Positions 46,501-59,736 of a stretch of DNA of 64,000 bases are shown here, piece after piece. The position numbers and the translations under genes were made by a program. Within the stretch, counting starts at the first letter, position 1. Each line of letters opens with the position of its first letter. The notes under the pieces were generated by a model, which was not told the DNA's origin, did no database searches, and was given only the letters and a program-made list of their open reading frames with translations. The stretch covers positions 5,988,226-6,052,225 of the forward strand of contig NC_068996.1 of the NCBI RefSeq assembly GCF_001194135.2. The letters are read 5' to 3'. Origin of the DNA: Octopus bimaculoides. Lineage: Eukaryota.

Positions 46501-48045
46501 NNNNNNNNNNNNNNNNNNNNNNNNNNNNNNNNNNNNNNNNNNNNNNNNNNNNNNNNNNNNNNNNNNNNNNNNNNNNNNNNNNNNNNNNNNNNNNNNNNNN
46601 NNNNNNNNNNNNNNNNNNNNNNNNNNNNNNNCAGAGTTTGCACAACAACCTCAACCACTTTAGTGTCCCCTGATGTAATAAATGTAAAGATTATGGGCTG
46701 AAGACATCCATAGGCCATAAATACAACTTCAGAGTAGAGTATCACAAGTTCAATTCCCATTACCTATGCAGCATAAAGAGGATTCCTCATTTCATACAAC
46801 ATTGACCAAAAACAAAGTTGTGAACCTGAAACATACCAGCAAGAAATGATCTAAGAAACACAAGAAATTCCTGCAACAATATGCAGACTCCATGTCATAC
46901 CTCTCAGTAAACTGAGAAAACTTACACCCTACACAAGATCCACCATATGCATTTGTACAAACATGGAATGATGAACTTGTAAAGCTTTAACTGAAAAAGA
47001 AAGAAAGATTCTCTGGTGTACAATTTGCTAATAATCTAGTACAATAGGGAAGTCCATTCAGCCTCATGAAGAAAACGGATCTAAGAAAGAAAATAAAAGC
47101 ATTTCCCAGGGTCAAAGACGATTCCTCATTGGTATATCCATCTGGTTCACCAGTTCCATGTCAAATAGTCCAACCTAAGCTAGCATGGAAAGCAGACGTT
47201 AAATGATGATGAATGACCAAAAACTAAGTAGTGAAGCTGAAACATACAAACAAGAAATGATCAGTCTAAGAAATGCAAGAAGAATCCAGCTAATTGGTGC
47301 TGGAAGCAGAGCATGGCTTGTGGGGTCACCAGGTCCTACACTACATAGTTTTCCTCATTGAAATTTTTAGTTCTCAAGATCAACCAAAAACAAAGTAGTG
47401 AACCTGAAACATACCAGCAAGAAATGAGACTAAGTAAAGGACTCCCTACAACAGAAAAGTGGCTGCTTCAAATGAGTTAATGAATAGAAGGCCCAAAAGC
47501 AACACCTGTTTCTAAAATGGAACCAGAACTCAGAATGTAAAGACAGACAAAATGCCGCTAAGCATTCTGACCAATGATTCTGTCAGCTTGCTGCCTCTAT
47601 TTGTATGGCTCTCCATTTTATTGCCCAAAGATATCCTCAAGCAAAGCTGTTCAAAATTATTGCACCTGTATACGGTAAATCTACCATCAGACAACAGTAT
47701 TGTAACTTCAATTCCTTCCATCCATATAATATAAGAGGGCTTGCTCATTTCATACACCATTGACCAAAAACTTAGAAACGCAAGACAATCCGGCAATAAT
47801 ATGCAAACTCCATGCTAGACGTCTTGGAAAACTTACAAAACATCCTACATGAAATCCANNNNNNNNNNNNNNNNNNNNNNNNNNNNNNNNNNNNNNNNNN
47901 NNNNNNNNNNNNNNNNNNNNNNNNNNNNNNNNNNNNNNNNNNNNNNNNNNNNNNNNNNTATCAGAAAGTCTGCCACTCTTGCTCAATTTGGACTTTCCAA
48001 ATTCCCCTTTCAGTGTTTTGTTAGAGCAAATCCATCTTATGAATC

Positions 48046-48522
48046 TGTAACGGTTCAAAGATGTTTTTGTGAAGGCTGCAATTCTCGTGTTCGGGATCAC
48101 CAGTGTAAGAAATATCGTTCATTATTTAACATTTAGGTTAAATACCTAATTCCTCACATCAAACTTTAAGAAGGAAAAATGAAGAACGGATAACGCAGTC
48201 TCTAAACCAGAAACATAACAATATTTATTCTTGTAGTATATTCAAACAGCATTGGTTATTCGGCTGTTGGTCGTTCCATCACTTGTCCGCTGATCCAGTC
48301 ACGAGTTAGTTGGGTCTCGAAGAGAGCGATACAAAACACGTCCTTCGTCCACGAAGTTGTTGACGCAAGAGAAAGAAAAAAACGCGGGAAAACATTGAGA
48401 TAGTCGAACTACGCATGTGCATGGGACTCTTCCTGTGTTCCTTCCGGAACTAGTCCCTGCACATGCGTGGATCAAAACGCAGTAATGGCGACTGTATTTT
48501 GGCGCCAAATGACATCACTACA
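48046..48522. mobile_element. Solo LTR (477 bp, TG...CA) with 4-bp TSD
   Basis: Starts TGTAACGG and ends CACTACA, with AATC at 48042-48045 and 48523-48526. Removing it restores the sequence whose uninterrupted inverted copy is at ~45370-45390. It is CpG-rich, with AATAAA on the minus strand. Confidence 0.88.
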
Positions 48523-50665
48523 AATCTTCAGTTGAGCTTCGTCAGGAACCAGAGGTTAAAAGCTAAGAATAATGGAAAGCATCTAAGAAGCTATTTTTTT
48601 TTATATATCCATGAGCTCACACACATTATCAGATAATCTCTGTGAAGAGATTTAGAATATAAGGATTAACTTTCATAGGGCCTCAATTCTACGTTCACTA
48701 ATATGCTTACAAAGAAGATAGTATTTAATGGGACCAAGAACCATGTTCTGCTTTGCTGTATCTCTGAAGGTCTCAAATTGTTCTGGTGCTCTTGACAAGA
48801 GTTCTGGTGTGTATGATTTAGTTGCCCTCAAAATTCTGTCTTATGATGTGTAAACCCAAGAAACAGCAGCATGTCATTCTCTGCGAATGCATTTAGTGAT
48901 GGGAGATGTTTTTATTTTCTTAGTGAAATCTGAATCCTTCATGAGGCCAAGTGTGAATACATTTTTTTTTAGATTTTTATGGTAATTTTCTCTATCATGT
49001 GCAAAATTAATGGGAAATACTACACCATAGTTTTTCTTGCTCAATTAAAGTTTTTCAAATTCATTTTTCAATAGTTTTGTGTTTTGTCAAAGTCAACTTT
49101 GCCTTTCATCCTTTTGGGGTCGATAAATTAAGTACCAGTTGCGTATTGGGTCGATCTAATCGATTGCCCCTCCCCAAAAATTTGGGGTTTTGTGCCTAGA
49201 GTAGAAAAGGATATTTTTGTTTGTGGAAATCCATCTTATGGATCTTTCGTTGAGGTTGGTCAAGGACCTGCGCATAAAACCTGGTTTTCAGGTCAACTTT
49301 GAAGTTCTTATTTCTTTGTCTTATCCAAGGTAGTATTTAAAGATGTGCAATCATTAGTTTTCTTATCCAAAACCTTATCTGTGCTTCATATCTGGTCAGC
49401 TTTGTTTGCTTTCCATTGAAACACATTTCTTTCAAAATCCAAGCAGAATATTTCACCTTACCAATTTTCCAGATCTATTCTACATATAACATTAGAGACA
49501 AAAGCTGCTACATATTCAAACTTGCTGACACCCTACAATGTCTGTACATCATCATCATCATCATCATCATGCTGTCTACATTTTTGGCATCGATTCTCAA
49601 GATCATGCACTTTCTGGTATTTTCTGTTTATCCTTCTCCTTGGTCTGGTGGTTTAATATATTAGTAGAATTAAAATTAGCAAGCATGATTAATATAACCA
49701 ATGGAAAACGTGTTTACATTGTCATTATCAGTGAATACTTATGGTGATGGGGATACATTTTACTCTTAATTTTAGACTTTTAATGAGGTCCCGTGGAGTC
49801 TGCTTCTTATTGTTTTTATAATAAATTTGGCTCTTGTATGAGCTAGATTAGCAACTACAGTGTTACAAGATCTATCTTTCTTGCTCAATTTGAGCTTTAC
49901 AAATTCATCATTCAATATTTTTGTTTGTGCAAATCCATCTTATGGATCTTAGTGGGCTTACTACAAAAACAGCAACTTCAAAGTTGTACTGAGAATCAAC
50001 CTAAAATCAAGAAAATTCCCATTCTCTGTGAATGTTTGTAGTGATAGGAAATATGTTTATATTTCCTTTGTTAAATTTGGACCTTTCATGAGGCCCAGTG
50101 GGGTTACATTCTCTGTTTTTATAGTAAATTTGGCTCCCTGATCTGTTAAATTATTAGCAAATACTTCACCAGAGTCTCTTTTGGTTGCTCAGTGTGAGAA
50201 CAAACAACAGGGTTTAAAATAAACATCACTAAGTACTTTAAATTATCAGAAATTAATTCATGTAATATTCATCTTTAATACAAAAAAAAAAAATCTTCAA
50301 GCACTTATTGTAAAGATGTAGTAGCTATGATATGGAATTTTGTTTTGGTTATAGGAGCTTGTTTACCTTGGATTGCCATTGTTTGGTAGGGGAGTTGGTC
50401 TTCATTGTCTCTATAGTCTTTGATGCATGATTGTTCTTGCTTAGTCTGGGCTGCATGTAATGGAGTAAAAGAATTCAACCAAGTAGAAGGGGTGAAAATT
50501 CTGTAATTGCATAGTGACAGGCTACACAGTGAACTGCTCCTTTGACCAAGAGCAAAGTGAAAAGTAGAACTGAATTTCTGAACTGTATTTATAGGTTGCA
50601 TCAATGAGAAGTTAATTGGCATATCTAAGTTGAGCTATATTTAATCCAGGAGTGTTCACTTAAGC

Positions 50666-52010
50666 CAGGGGTCACCAAAATTTTTTTCATAGTGGGCTTG
50701 ATATAGCTAAAAGAATGCCAAGCATGGGCCGGACAAAGTTATTCTTTCCTTGCCGTTTTAAATTCAGTTCATTCGTATGAGAAGTGACGTCAACTAAAAA
50801 TGACAACTTTGATAACCACGAAGGATCTGATAGCTGTGAATCAGCTCTATTCTTTTCGCTGAGAAAAAGATCTATTTCTTTTCGGAGCTTATAAAAACAA
50901 AACAAAACAAGACTTTACTGCAACTGAGCCATCTCACTTTTGTGTAGTTAGGCATGTCACAAATTAGACTCCAATTTTTTTCAAAGAAAGCCTAGAACTG
51001 TCGGTGATTAAGCCCATGATTCCAAATAAAGTTCACCACAGTTGTAACTAGCTTTAGTATGCAAGAAATGTTTTCCACAGAGTGCTTGGTGATGTATAAC
51101 GCAGTGTATAAACAAAAGCTTTCGGAAGCTGAAGCTCCTCCAACTTGGCAGAAGTGAAGAAAAGTTTGGTAGGGTGGTTCCAGACCATGTTTTTTCCTCC
51201 ACCGACTGTAACACACCAAAGCTGATTCTACTGAAGTTTATAGTTTTACAAAGTTTTCTGCACCTCTATGAAAATATCTTCTCCAGTTGTTCCATGTATA
51301 CTGCAAATGGACGCCATTCCTTCTATAATCTCAACGTTGCAATTAACACCACGAATGAACACAAGAAGTTGTGACATACTAGAGAGATCAGTAGACTCAT
51401 CCATTGCAAGAGAATACCACAAAAATTTCTTAGCTTTCTCAAGTATCTGTAACTGTATATTCTCTCAGAGTTCTTCTATTCTCTGCACAATTGAACTTGC
51501 TGAAAGGCTGATACAACCAAACCTGTTAGCTTTTTCAGGACGCAAGTCATTTGCTGCTTCCATCATGCACTCTTTTATAAAGTTTCTGTCAGTAAATGGT
51601 TTTCCTCGCTCTGCCAACTTATTCACTATTTTGTAACTTACACGAGTGATAGATTCATTTTCAACAAACTTTTTCGAAAAGAAATTCCTTTGAGATTCCA
51701 AACTACGTTTCATAGATTCAAATTTCTTGGACCGCAACTTTCCAGGATATTTTGAATGTGTTGAGAGATGTTTTGCTTTTTAGTGACAATGAATATTGTG
51801 CTTTTTCGTAACAGCAACACTTTCGTTGCATATCAGGCAACTAGCTTTCTGGTCATTTGTTTTCCCCAAAGAAGTACTTTTCTCCCCATTCTTTATTGAA
51901 AATGCAACATTCATCATCAACCTTTCTCTTCTGAGTAGCCATAATGTTGGGTGAAAAAAAAACAAAAGCATTCTTAGGCCTCGGCGTTGGATATTCTCGT
52001 TTTAATTGTA
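50666..52010 (-). mobile_element. hAT transposon (GTF2IRD2/SPIN-like transposase), decayed
   Basis: TIR-like CAGGGGTCACCAAA at 50666. Remnants QKASCLICNESVAVTKKHNIHCH and SYKIVNKLAERGKPFTDRNFIKECM..ISLSASSIVQRIEEL. Confidence 0.85.
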
Positions 52011-52029
52011 ATCACTAATAACTGACTAG

Positions 52030-52175
52030 CCTGAGGCGGCGAGCTGGCAGAAACGTTAGCACGCTGGGCGAAATGCTTAGCAGTATTTCATCTGCCGCTA
52101 CGTTCTGAGTTCAAATTCCGCCGAGGTCGACTTTGCCTTTCATCCTTTCGGGGTCGATTAAATAAGTACCAGTTA
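52030..52175 (+). mobile_element. SINE family A, 3'-truncated
   Basis: GAGGCGGCGAGCTGGCAGAAACGTTAGCACG..GTTCTGAGTTCAAATTCCGCCGAGGTCGAC. Confidence 0.85.
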
Positions 52176-52560
52176 TAAGCTTTTGATAGTGAGATACAAT
52201 GTTGAAACTAGATTCAACAAGGTAAGATGAATGAAAAGCAGTAACATGCAACTGCGCTTTCTCCCCAGAATAGTGGATGTTTTTTAGCAGTGTCATTACT
52301 TTTTCATACATTATGCTCCCCATTTTAAATTTTTGCTTGGATTATTATTTCAAGCTCTGCAATTCAGTGATATTCTCCAACAGATATCACATCAGTAACA
52401 TTAACTTTAAAAGAAATGTGCAATATTTAGCTTGAGTAAGTCACTAAATTGAACTTGCATATCCTGCAAGTTTTTTCAGATCTTAGCTGCAATGCAACAT
52501 CATGCGGGTCACTGCTTATCATTTCTAAACTAGGAAACTGTAATAATACAGGACATAAAA
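52176..52560 (-). mobile_element. hAT dimerisation-domain fragment (Buster/ZBED8-like)
   Basis: EKAQLHVTAFHSSYLVESSF resembles the WEKAxLxxIAFPSSYLVExGFS motif. Confidence 0.6.
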
Positions 52561-52949
52561 AATGCATTTTGTAGAACTATTTTTGCTTGAAAAGCAGTAT
52601 TAGAACCTTTGGAGGATATAGTCAGAATTTTCATCTTTAAGTTAAGAAAATTTATTTTATCTAATATACCTGGTAAATATATCATATTTAGATGCAACCA
52701 CTTGTTCTCAGAGATAGTTATTAACCAGAAATAAGACAATAGCCCCAAAATGCAACATGTTTTGCAAGTGCTACTAGTCAAAAGCTCCGCATGCCAGAAG
52801 CCAGCAAGCCTATGGGATCATCAGGAGAATGCGTACCTTTTCGGGGGCCTACCTCCCAATAGCATCATTGTGCACCAGCTCCGCCTCACTGTTATGAGGC
52901 CGTGCTTGCTAGATCAACTGGTTACCAAATAAAGTTCAGTATTATTCTA

Positions 52950-54700
52950 CCCATCGCTCATCGTTTCTTTTTAACCAAATCCAGCAGCTAGCCTTTTTCA
53001 CTGTTTGTATATCAGTCATGGTGGTATTTACTTTAAGGAGTTAGGCATAATGATAACAATTGCCTCACACTATGTCCAACAAATCCTCTACATCTGACTT
53101 TGATTGGAAATAATAAATGTCAGACTACTTGACTTTTTTGCTCTTGACCACTTCACAAGTTCATTCAGTCTCAAGAGGTCACTCTGCATGATTTGCTTGT
53201 CTGTTAATAGAACTGTCACGTCATCCATGAAGGCCTTTTTAGGCGATTGTTCATGGGTGATTTGTTCCAAAAAATCTACGGCTTCTTTCTATGACTAGGA
53301 TAGACCATGTGACAAATATTGTGCAGCCAGCAGCAATTCCAATCTCCAATCGGTGCCAATCTGTTGTAAATTTCCATCTGTAAACCTCCTCTCGAAACCG
53401 TCATAAAACATCCTCATTAATTTGGCTACTTTCTCTACAATGTGGAAGTGGTCCATGGCTCTCATCAGTAATTCATGTGGCACTGAGCCATATGCGTTAA
53501 CTAGATCTAGCCATACCACATTCAGACTTGTCTTCTGTTTGACATCTTGGATTGCTTTCCAAATCAAAAAACAATGCTCAATACTTCCAGGAATTCCAGA
53601 GATTCCAGCCTTGTGAACAGATTCTTCAGCATATCCATTACTCTGTAGATATATCACTGTTCTTCTTGAGAGAATTCCCATACAGATCTTGTCTTCCACA
53701 TTCAATAAGGATATCGGCCTAAACTGTTTTATAATCTCTGCATTGGCCTCCTTCAGCAGGTATATGCCTTCTGCCTTACACTAATCCTCTACTAGAGTCT
53801 CTTTGCACCACACCTGTCGGAGTAGGACAAAGCTTCTTTCGTAGATAATATTAATATCTGTATACTTTATACGAGATCCCATCACCTGGAGAACTCTTTG
53901 CTCAAGCTTTTCTCATGCAATCATTCACCTCTTTCTGCCTGAGGTCCCAAATTTGAAATTTGATATCAGGTTCTAAGAGATACTTTAGCCCATTTAGAGG
54001 TAGCAGTGGCTGGTTACGGTATGGATCGCTGTAGGTTTCTTTGATATGAGCATCCAATTCTTTGTGCACAATAAAATGCCACTCGTCAGTTCAGTGAACA
54101 GCTTCTTAGTAACCCCATACAGGTTCTTCAGAAACTGTTCCCGAGTCCTTTTACTTTCCTTTCTTCACTCATATCAGCGGACATGTTTTTGCATATAACG
54201 GCATTTCTTTTTTTTAATTTTTGTACAGACCAGATGTTTTGTTTTCCGCAGTACATTTTTTTCACTTTCTTAGTTGAGGAAGGAAAAGAACAGTCTGTTT
54301 CCTTTTCCTGATCCTCCTACCTGGTTCACACTTTCCTTTTGCTAATCAGGTACTAATCTTTCACTCCAAATAACTCCTTTCCTGTATCATATATTAAGCT
54401 TGTTAACTTTCCCAGTTTCTCCACTGTAGATCCTGTCATTTTATAAAGAGCTTGACGTACCTTGTTCTCAAACTCCTTATATCTTCGTTTCTCATTAGCA
54501 GCAGGCCACAGAACCCTCAGTTTCCTCATCTGATGCATCAATTTCATGCAGTTTCCTGTTGGGAATGGTCTTTGCTGTAGCATTTATCAATCTGCTGTGG
54601 TTTGAGTCTGGGGATGATTTGCTTTTACATTCACTCTCCATTTTTGCATGAGCCATATAGTTTGAGGCAAATTTTCAGTGACTTGATGCCCATTCTGTTA
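52950..54700 (-). mobile_element. Hero-clade non-LTR retrotransposon, N-terminal and RT fragment
   Basis: VLWPAAN..; NVEDKICMGILSRR..HKAGISGIPGSIEH..VVWLDLVNAYGSVPH; KAFMDDVTV (FMDD active site). Confidence 0.8.
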
Positions 54701-55772
54701 CCAACCCTCACTTCTTTCCAAGTAAGATAGTTCTCCATGGCTGGACATGAATAACTCATTTACAGCTATCACACAATGTTAAGGTAAGATAAACACATGT
54801 ATTACAGATATGATGGGCTTCTTTCAGTTTCCATCTACGAAATCCATTCACAAGGCATTGGTTGGTCAAGGGCTTTAGTAGAGGAAACATTTGTCCAACA
54901 TGCCGTGCAGTGGGACTGCACAGGAAAGCAAACTTCTTAGCCACATGGCCATGCCTGCATTTTAACATCTTTCAAGAAAGAAAAATTACACAAACTTAAA
55001 TAATATATTGTGTATCATTATTATTATTATACTGTCTGATAAACATTGAACTACCCAATCAGATGTGATTTGGTTTGCAGAATTTTTTTTTTTTTTTTTA
55101 CATGGGAGAGATTTTAATCTATATTCTTAATCATGCACTTCTAAAAATATTCTGAAATTTTCTCTCCCTTACTCCACCCAACTGCTCTCCCTCTCTCTAC
55201 ATGCACTGGAATGGAATATTTAAGACTTAGCCATTTCTGTGAAATGTACCTTTTGTACTTTCCCTCATTTCTATGACATTTTAAAGTTTTTTTGTCTTTT
55301 CTTGCCCTTAAGGATGCCCCCCCCCCTGCTCTTAATTAATGCTGATTTAAGTGGTATGAGTTTTGAAAATTTGGACATTTTGTAACTTTTTTAATCAAAT
55401 ATTTTCAGTAGCTTCATGGCCTTCCTTATTCAGCTGTAAAAGTGGAATAAGATTATTGACTGAAATGGTTAACACATCTGATCCTGAAACAACAAAACAG
55501 CTAGAGCAATAAGATTAACCCCTTTAATACCAACCTGCCTGGGACTGCCCTTGGTTCTATCATACAAACTTCCCGTTTTAAAATTATCTAAATTAAAACC
55601 CAAAAATCTCGTTATGTTCTGTGTACCAATTTAATAATGAGTTATTTTAGCCTTTTTTTTTTTTTTAATCATTTGAAACAAAAGTCATGTATTTCAACAG
55701 AAATATTGTAATTAAAGGATTGAAAATCTAGCACCTTAACTTCACAGCTATTGTGCTTCTAATTTCAGATTT

Positions 55773-55815
<43 letters not shown>

Positions 55816-58234
55816 TATATTTGTTGTATATTGAAATGTAAATTTTTTATTTTTTTTATATCTTTCTTTAAAATATTTTCTTTTATTTGGTGTCTATTTT
55901 TAAAATCAAAACAACTTGGCCCATAAAAAGTGAACTTTACAAGAATTTTTCACTATTAACAAAGGCCTCTATACCTAAAATTTTGTATTTGTAACAATAA
56001 ATTATATTTTTATTCAAAAAGAAAACATTGATTCAGTCTCATTTGTTTTTTCTTTTCATATTTGTTGTATCTTGACCATTAAATTGTTATTTAGTCCAAA
56101 GGTATTCCTAATCCAGCAGTCCTATGATGAAAGAAGTTCTCGCCAATCCTGTAGGAAAGCCAAAGCCGTTCTAGTGCTGATGCTATACTTAAAAAATCAT
56201 TTTTCTTTGTCAGTAAGCAAGGAAGCCTAACATACTACTAGGGATGAGATATTTTGGTGCTGCCTATCCGGTGTTGCTGATTCAGCATGACATCAGATGT
56301 GTTAATGTTTTTCTCACTTTAATGTTTTCCATCTTTCTGTTTATGTATGAGCATATTTCTTTGTATATAAGAAAAGGGAAGGTGTTTGAGCCAAATTTTG
56401 TTCAATTAATAAATTGCAATATTCCTCTTTCACTCCCTCTGTATGTGTATATTTCTGCATGTGTATCTGTTTTCCTCCAACACCAAAAGGTACTGTCATC
56501 AAACCGGGTTCAGTGTCCAGTTAGCCCTGCCAAATTACCAGCATCTGAACAGCTATGCCCAATTGTCTCATTTCATATGCCACCACCGGTTTACTACTTC
56601 TTGGGCTTTTGACATAAGTGTTCACTTTCTTGCAGTGCTAATTCTTGCTACACTTCATGTAGTACAATTTTTTGTTAAAGGGTAGAAATATTATTTCTCG
56701 GCATATGCCAGATAGGACAATGACTAAGCATTGGAAGCTACCCAGCAAACACACAAATTTCAAGTCTGCCTATGGTTACTACCATCCATTTAGACAAGAG
56801 ATCAAAGTATTTAAACACAGATCCAGCTAGCTCTTCCCACAGTCAAATTTAAACACATAGCTCATGAAAATAACAAAGAAAAGTTAAATTTACTCTTTTA
56901 CTGGTTTCAGTCATTTGACTGCGGTCATGCTGGAGCACCGCCTTTAGTCAAGCAAATCGACCCCAGGACTTATTCTTTGTAAGCCTAGTACTTATTCTAT
57001 TGGTCTCTTTTGCCGAACTGCTAAGTTACGGGGACATAAACACACCAGCATCGGTTATCAAGCAATGCTAGGGGGACAAACACACACACACACATATATA
57101 TATATACATATATACGACGGGCTTCTTTCAGTTTCCGTCTACCAAATCCACTCAGAAGGCTTTGGTTGGTTCGAGGCTATAGTAGAAGACATTTGCCCAA
57201 GATGCCACGCAGTGGGAATGAACCTGGAACCATGTGGTTGGTAAGCAAGCTACTTACCACACAGCCACTCCTGTGCCTAAAATTTTTTTTTTTTTTTACA
57301 AACATTTGACTTGTGCCTAACCCTTTTCCTCTTAATACACACTACTTCTAAGATACAAGTCTCTCATCTTTTTATCAATTGTCCACAAGGTCACTCTCTC
57401 TCTATTTCAGTTTTACTTTGAAAACTATGTCAGCATGAAAACTGATTCCACTCCATTTCCCTACATCTGTCAGTGACCATAATTTCCAATTACTTTGGTC
57501 TAAAATGTCCTTCCTCACTCCTAAATATGAGCTACCTCTGCTATTCTCCCATCTCTTTGTCTTGCTGTGCACTGTAACTTCAGTATCCACAACAAATTCA
57601 AAATGATGGAAAGTTAATCAAAAATTAGGGAGATACTGAAATGAGATGAAGAGATTTGTGTTCAGAATTACATCCAGTCAAACAACAAAAGTACAGTCTT
57701 TAGAGTTATAACAATGAAGTTGTATGGTAGCCAATGTTAATAGCAGAAAAATCAACACATAAGGTATTATTAGTTGGTGTGTGATAGAATAGTTAAGTCT
57801 GTACTAGTAATCAACAATATAATGCATTTATCTTGGTATATTGCACCATGGCCAAGTAGATAAACAGAACTGCTCTTTAAAACATTCTGGAAAGTGATCT
57901 CACTACTTTAACCCTTCAGCTGACTTAGAAAATGAAGAATTTAGCAAAATAACTGTTAATCTGGAATTTAATTTGACATAAAATGTTGATAGGTTTTAAT
58001 TTGGATCACTTTAAAAATTAAGTTTGTATCATAGAACCAGAAGTAGTGTCAGGCAGATGGGTATCAAAAGGATTAATGAAGGTCTTGGATAATGCCATGA
58101 GGGCTTCCATGTGAAGAGTATGATACAAAGATTGAGATGAAGGCTTCAAAAGTTCTGTGATGCAAGCATTTAGGAAACTGACCAACTACTTGGTTACTCA
58201 CTAACTTGGCAGACACATTTGCCAGACAGACTAT

Positions 58235-58611
58235 TGTTGTTGTTGGCACTCCGTCACTTACGACGTCAAGGGTTCCAGTTGATCCAATCAAAGGAACAGC
58301 CTGCTCGTGAAATTAACGTGCAAGTGGCTGAGCACTCCACAGACACATGTACCCTTAACGTAGTTCTCGGGGATATTCAGTGTGACAAGGCTGACCCTTT
58401 GAATTACAGGCACAACAGAAACAGGAAGTAAGAGTGAGAGAAAGTTGTGGTGAAAGAGTACAGCAGGGTTCGCCACCAGCCCCTGCCGGAGCCTCGTGGA
58501 GCTTTAGGTGTTTTTGCTCAATAAACACTCACAACGCCCGGTCTGGGAATCAAAACTGCGATCCTACGACTGCGCATCCGCTGCCCTAACCACTGGGCCA
58601 TTGCGCCTCCA
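58235..58611 (-). mobile_element. tRNA-derived SINE family D, full length, with (AAC)n tail and TSD
   Basis: Head GAGGCGCAATGGCCCAGTGGTTAGGGCAGCGG. TSD TGCCAGACAGACTAT at 58220-58234 and 58612-58626 (15 bp, exact). Confidence 0.9.
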
Positions 58612-59191
58612 TGCCAGACAGACTATATTCATCAGGAAATCTTGAAGAAGACTGTACCAACTAACATAGGCTAGTGATTAAGGATTTCAGTGTTAGAACT
58701 AGGTAGACTCGGACGTGAGACAGAATTATCTGCTGCTTCTAATTGGTGCTTTGATACGACTGTGTTGTGTTGAAGATAACATTGAAATCCATGATGTAGT
58801 TCTGCTAATTAGATGGTTGGTTATGGATGAAGTTGCCAACAAGTCATGGTTTAGATTGAGATCAGACTTCGTTTTTCTTTCTTTCTTTCTTTTTTTTTTG
58901 TGCAAAACAAGTCCCAAAACAACTCTCAGATTTGCACTAAAAACCGTTCTGAAATTTCCTTTAGTAATGAAAGCACCTTGGAAAGCAGTGACCATCTTCA
59001 AAAGATTAATTATATTAGTTTAATGCTCTTATATATACATGCTGGTCTGCAATGTTTGCAGTCGTGTATGCTTGTCAAGAGCAGGGCTCATTAGCCACCA
59101 ACGGAGCCGCAAATGCAAAATATAAGTTAGTCCTAGAGCACACAATGTTCCTGAAGGTCGGCAATGGTCTTCCTCGGTCACGAGTGGACGA

Positions 59192-59238
<47 letters not shown>

Positions 59239-59736
59239 CTCTTTATAAGAGCATCAAAGTAATATATATCTTACCTTCTTATATGAGAGAAAACAAAAAG
59301 AAATGCACATCACAGATTAGTTGTCTTCGTTGTTGGATTTTAACAAATCACATGACAATGTATGGGGACAGATCCATCCAATACAAAGCCATTATAGAAA
59401 ACAAATGTAAAACACTAATGATAATGATGAAGAGCATAAATACTTGCTCAATGGTTAAAAAAAAGATTTTAACTGAATGAAAGATGCAAATTTTGATTAA
59501 AGAATTTTTATTTCATCTGAATAAAAATTAAGATTTTTTTTTTTAATGTTAATAAATTAAATTTACAATATTTATAACACCATTTCTTATAAATGTTCAT
59601 GAAAAGGTTTGCTTGACCAGAGATGATCTTGGGTTTAAACATTTAATCAGCTTCATTTCAGTGTCTCTCAGTGTTCATGTTATTTGCTGTACTGTAACGA
59701 TAAAAATTATATTAACGATGATAATGATGATAATAG

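Larger units (their letters stand above)
2183..47958. other. Assembly gaps (N runs)
   Basis: 2183-2370, 3448-3827, 5020-5254, 5946-5955, 13847-13970, 31284-31293, 35534-35633, 39782-40105, 45741-46631, 47859-47958. Confidence 0.99.
35634..50200. repeat. Dispersed and tandem degenerate composite repeat (20 or more copies of a ~130-200 bp core)
   Basis: Core ATCCACAAGATGGATTT..GATGAATTTGTAAAGCTCAAATTGAGCAAG..GCTAATxATCTAGCA at ~35865, 36310, 37205, 38010, 38222, 38625, 38972, 39205, 39365, 39615, 40107, 40300, 43045, 44572, 45145, 45380, 46935 (+) and 47959, 48900, 49215, 49760, 50050 (-). Confidence 0.85.

Noticed and set aside
56244-56685. ORFs of 122 and 80 aa in unique-looking DNA
   Set aside because: They have low-complexity AT-rich composition, with no motif or exon-like boundaries I can support.
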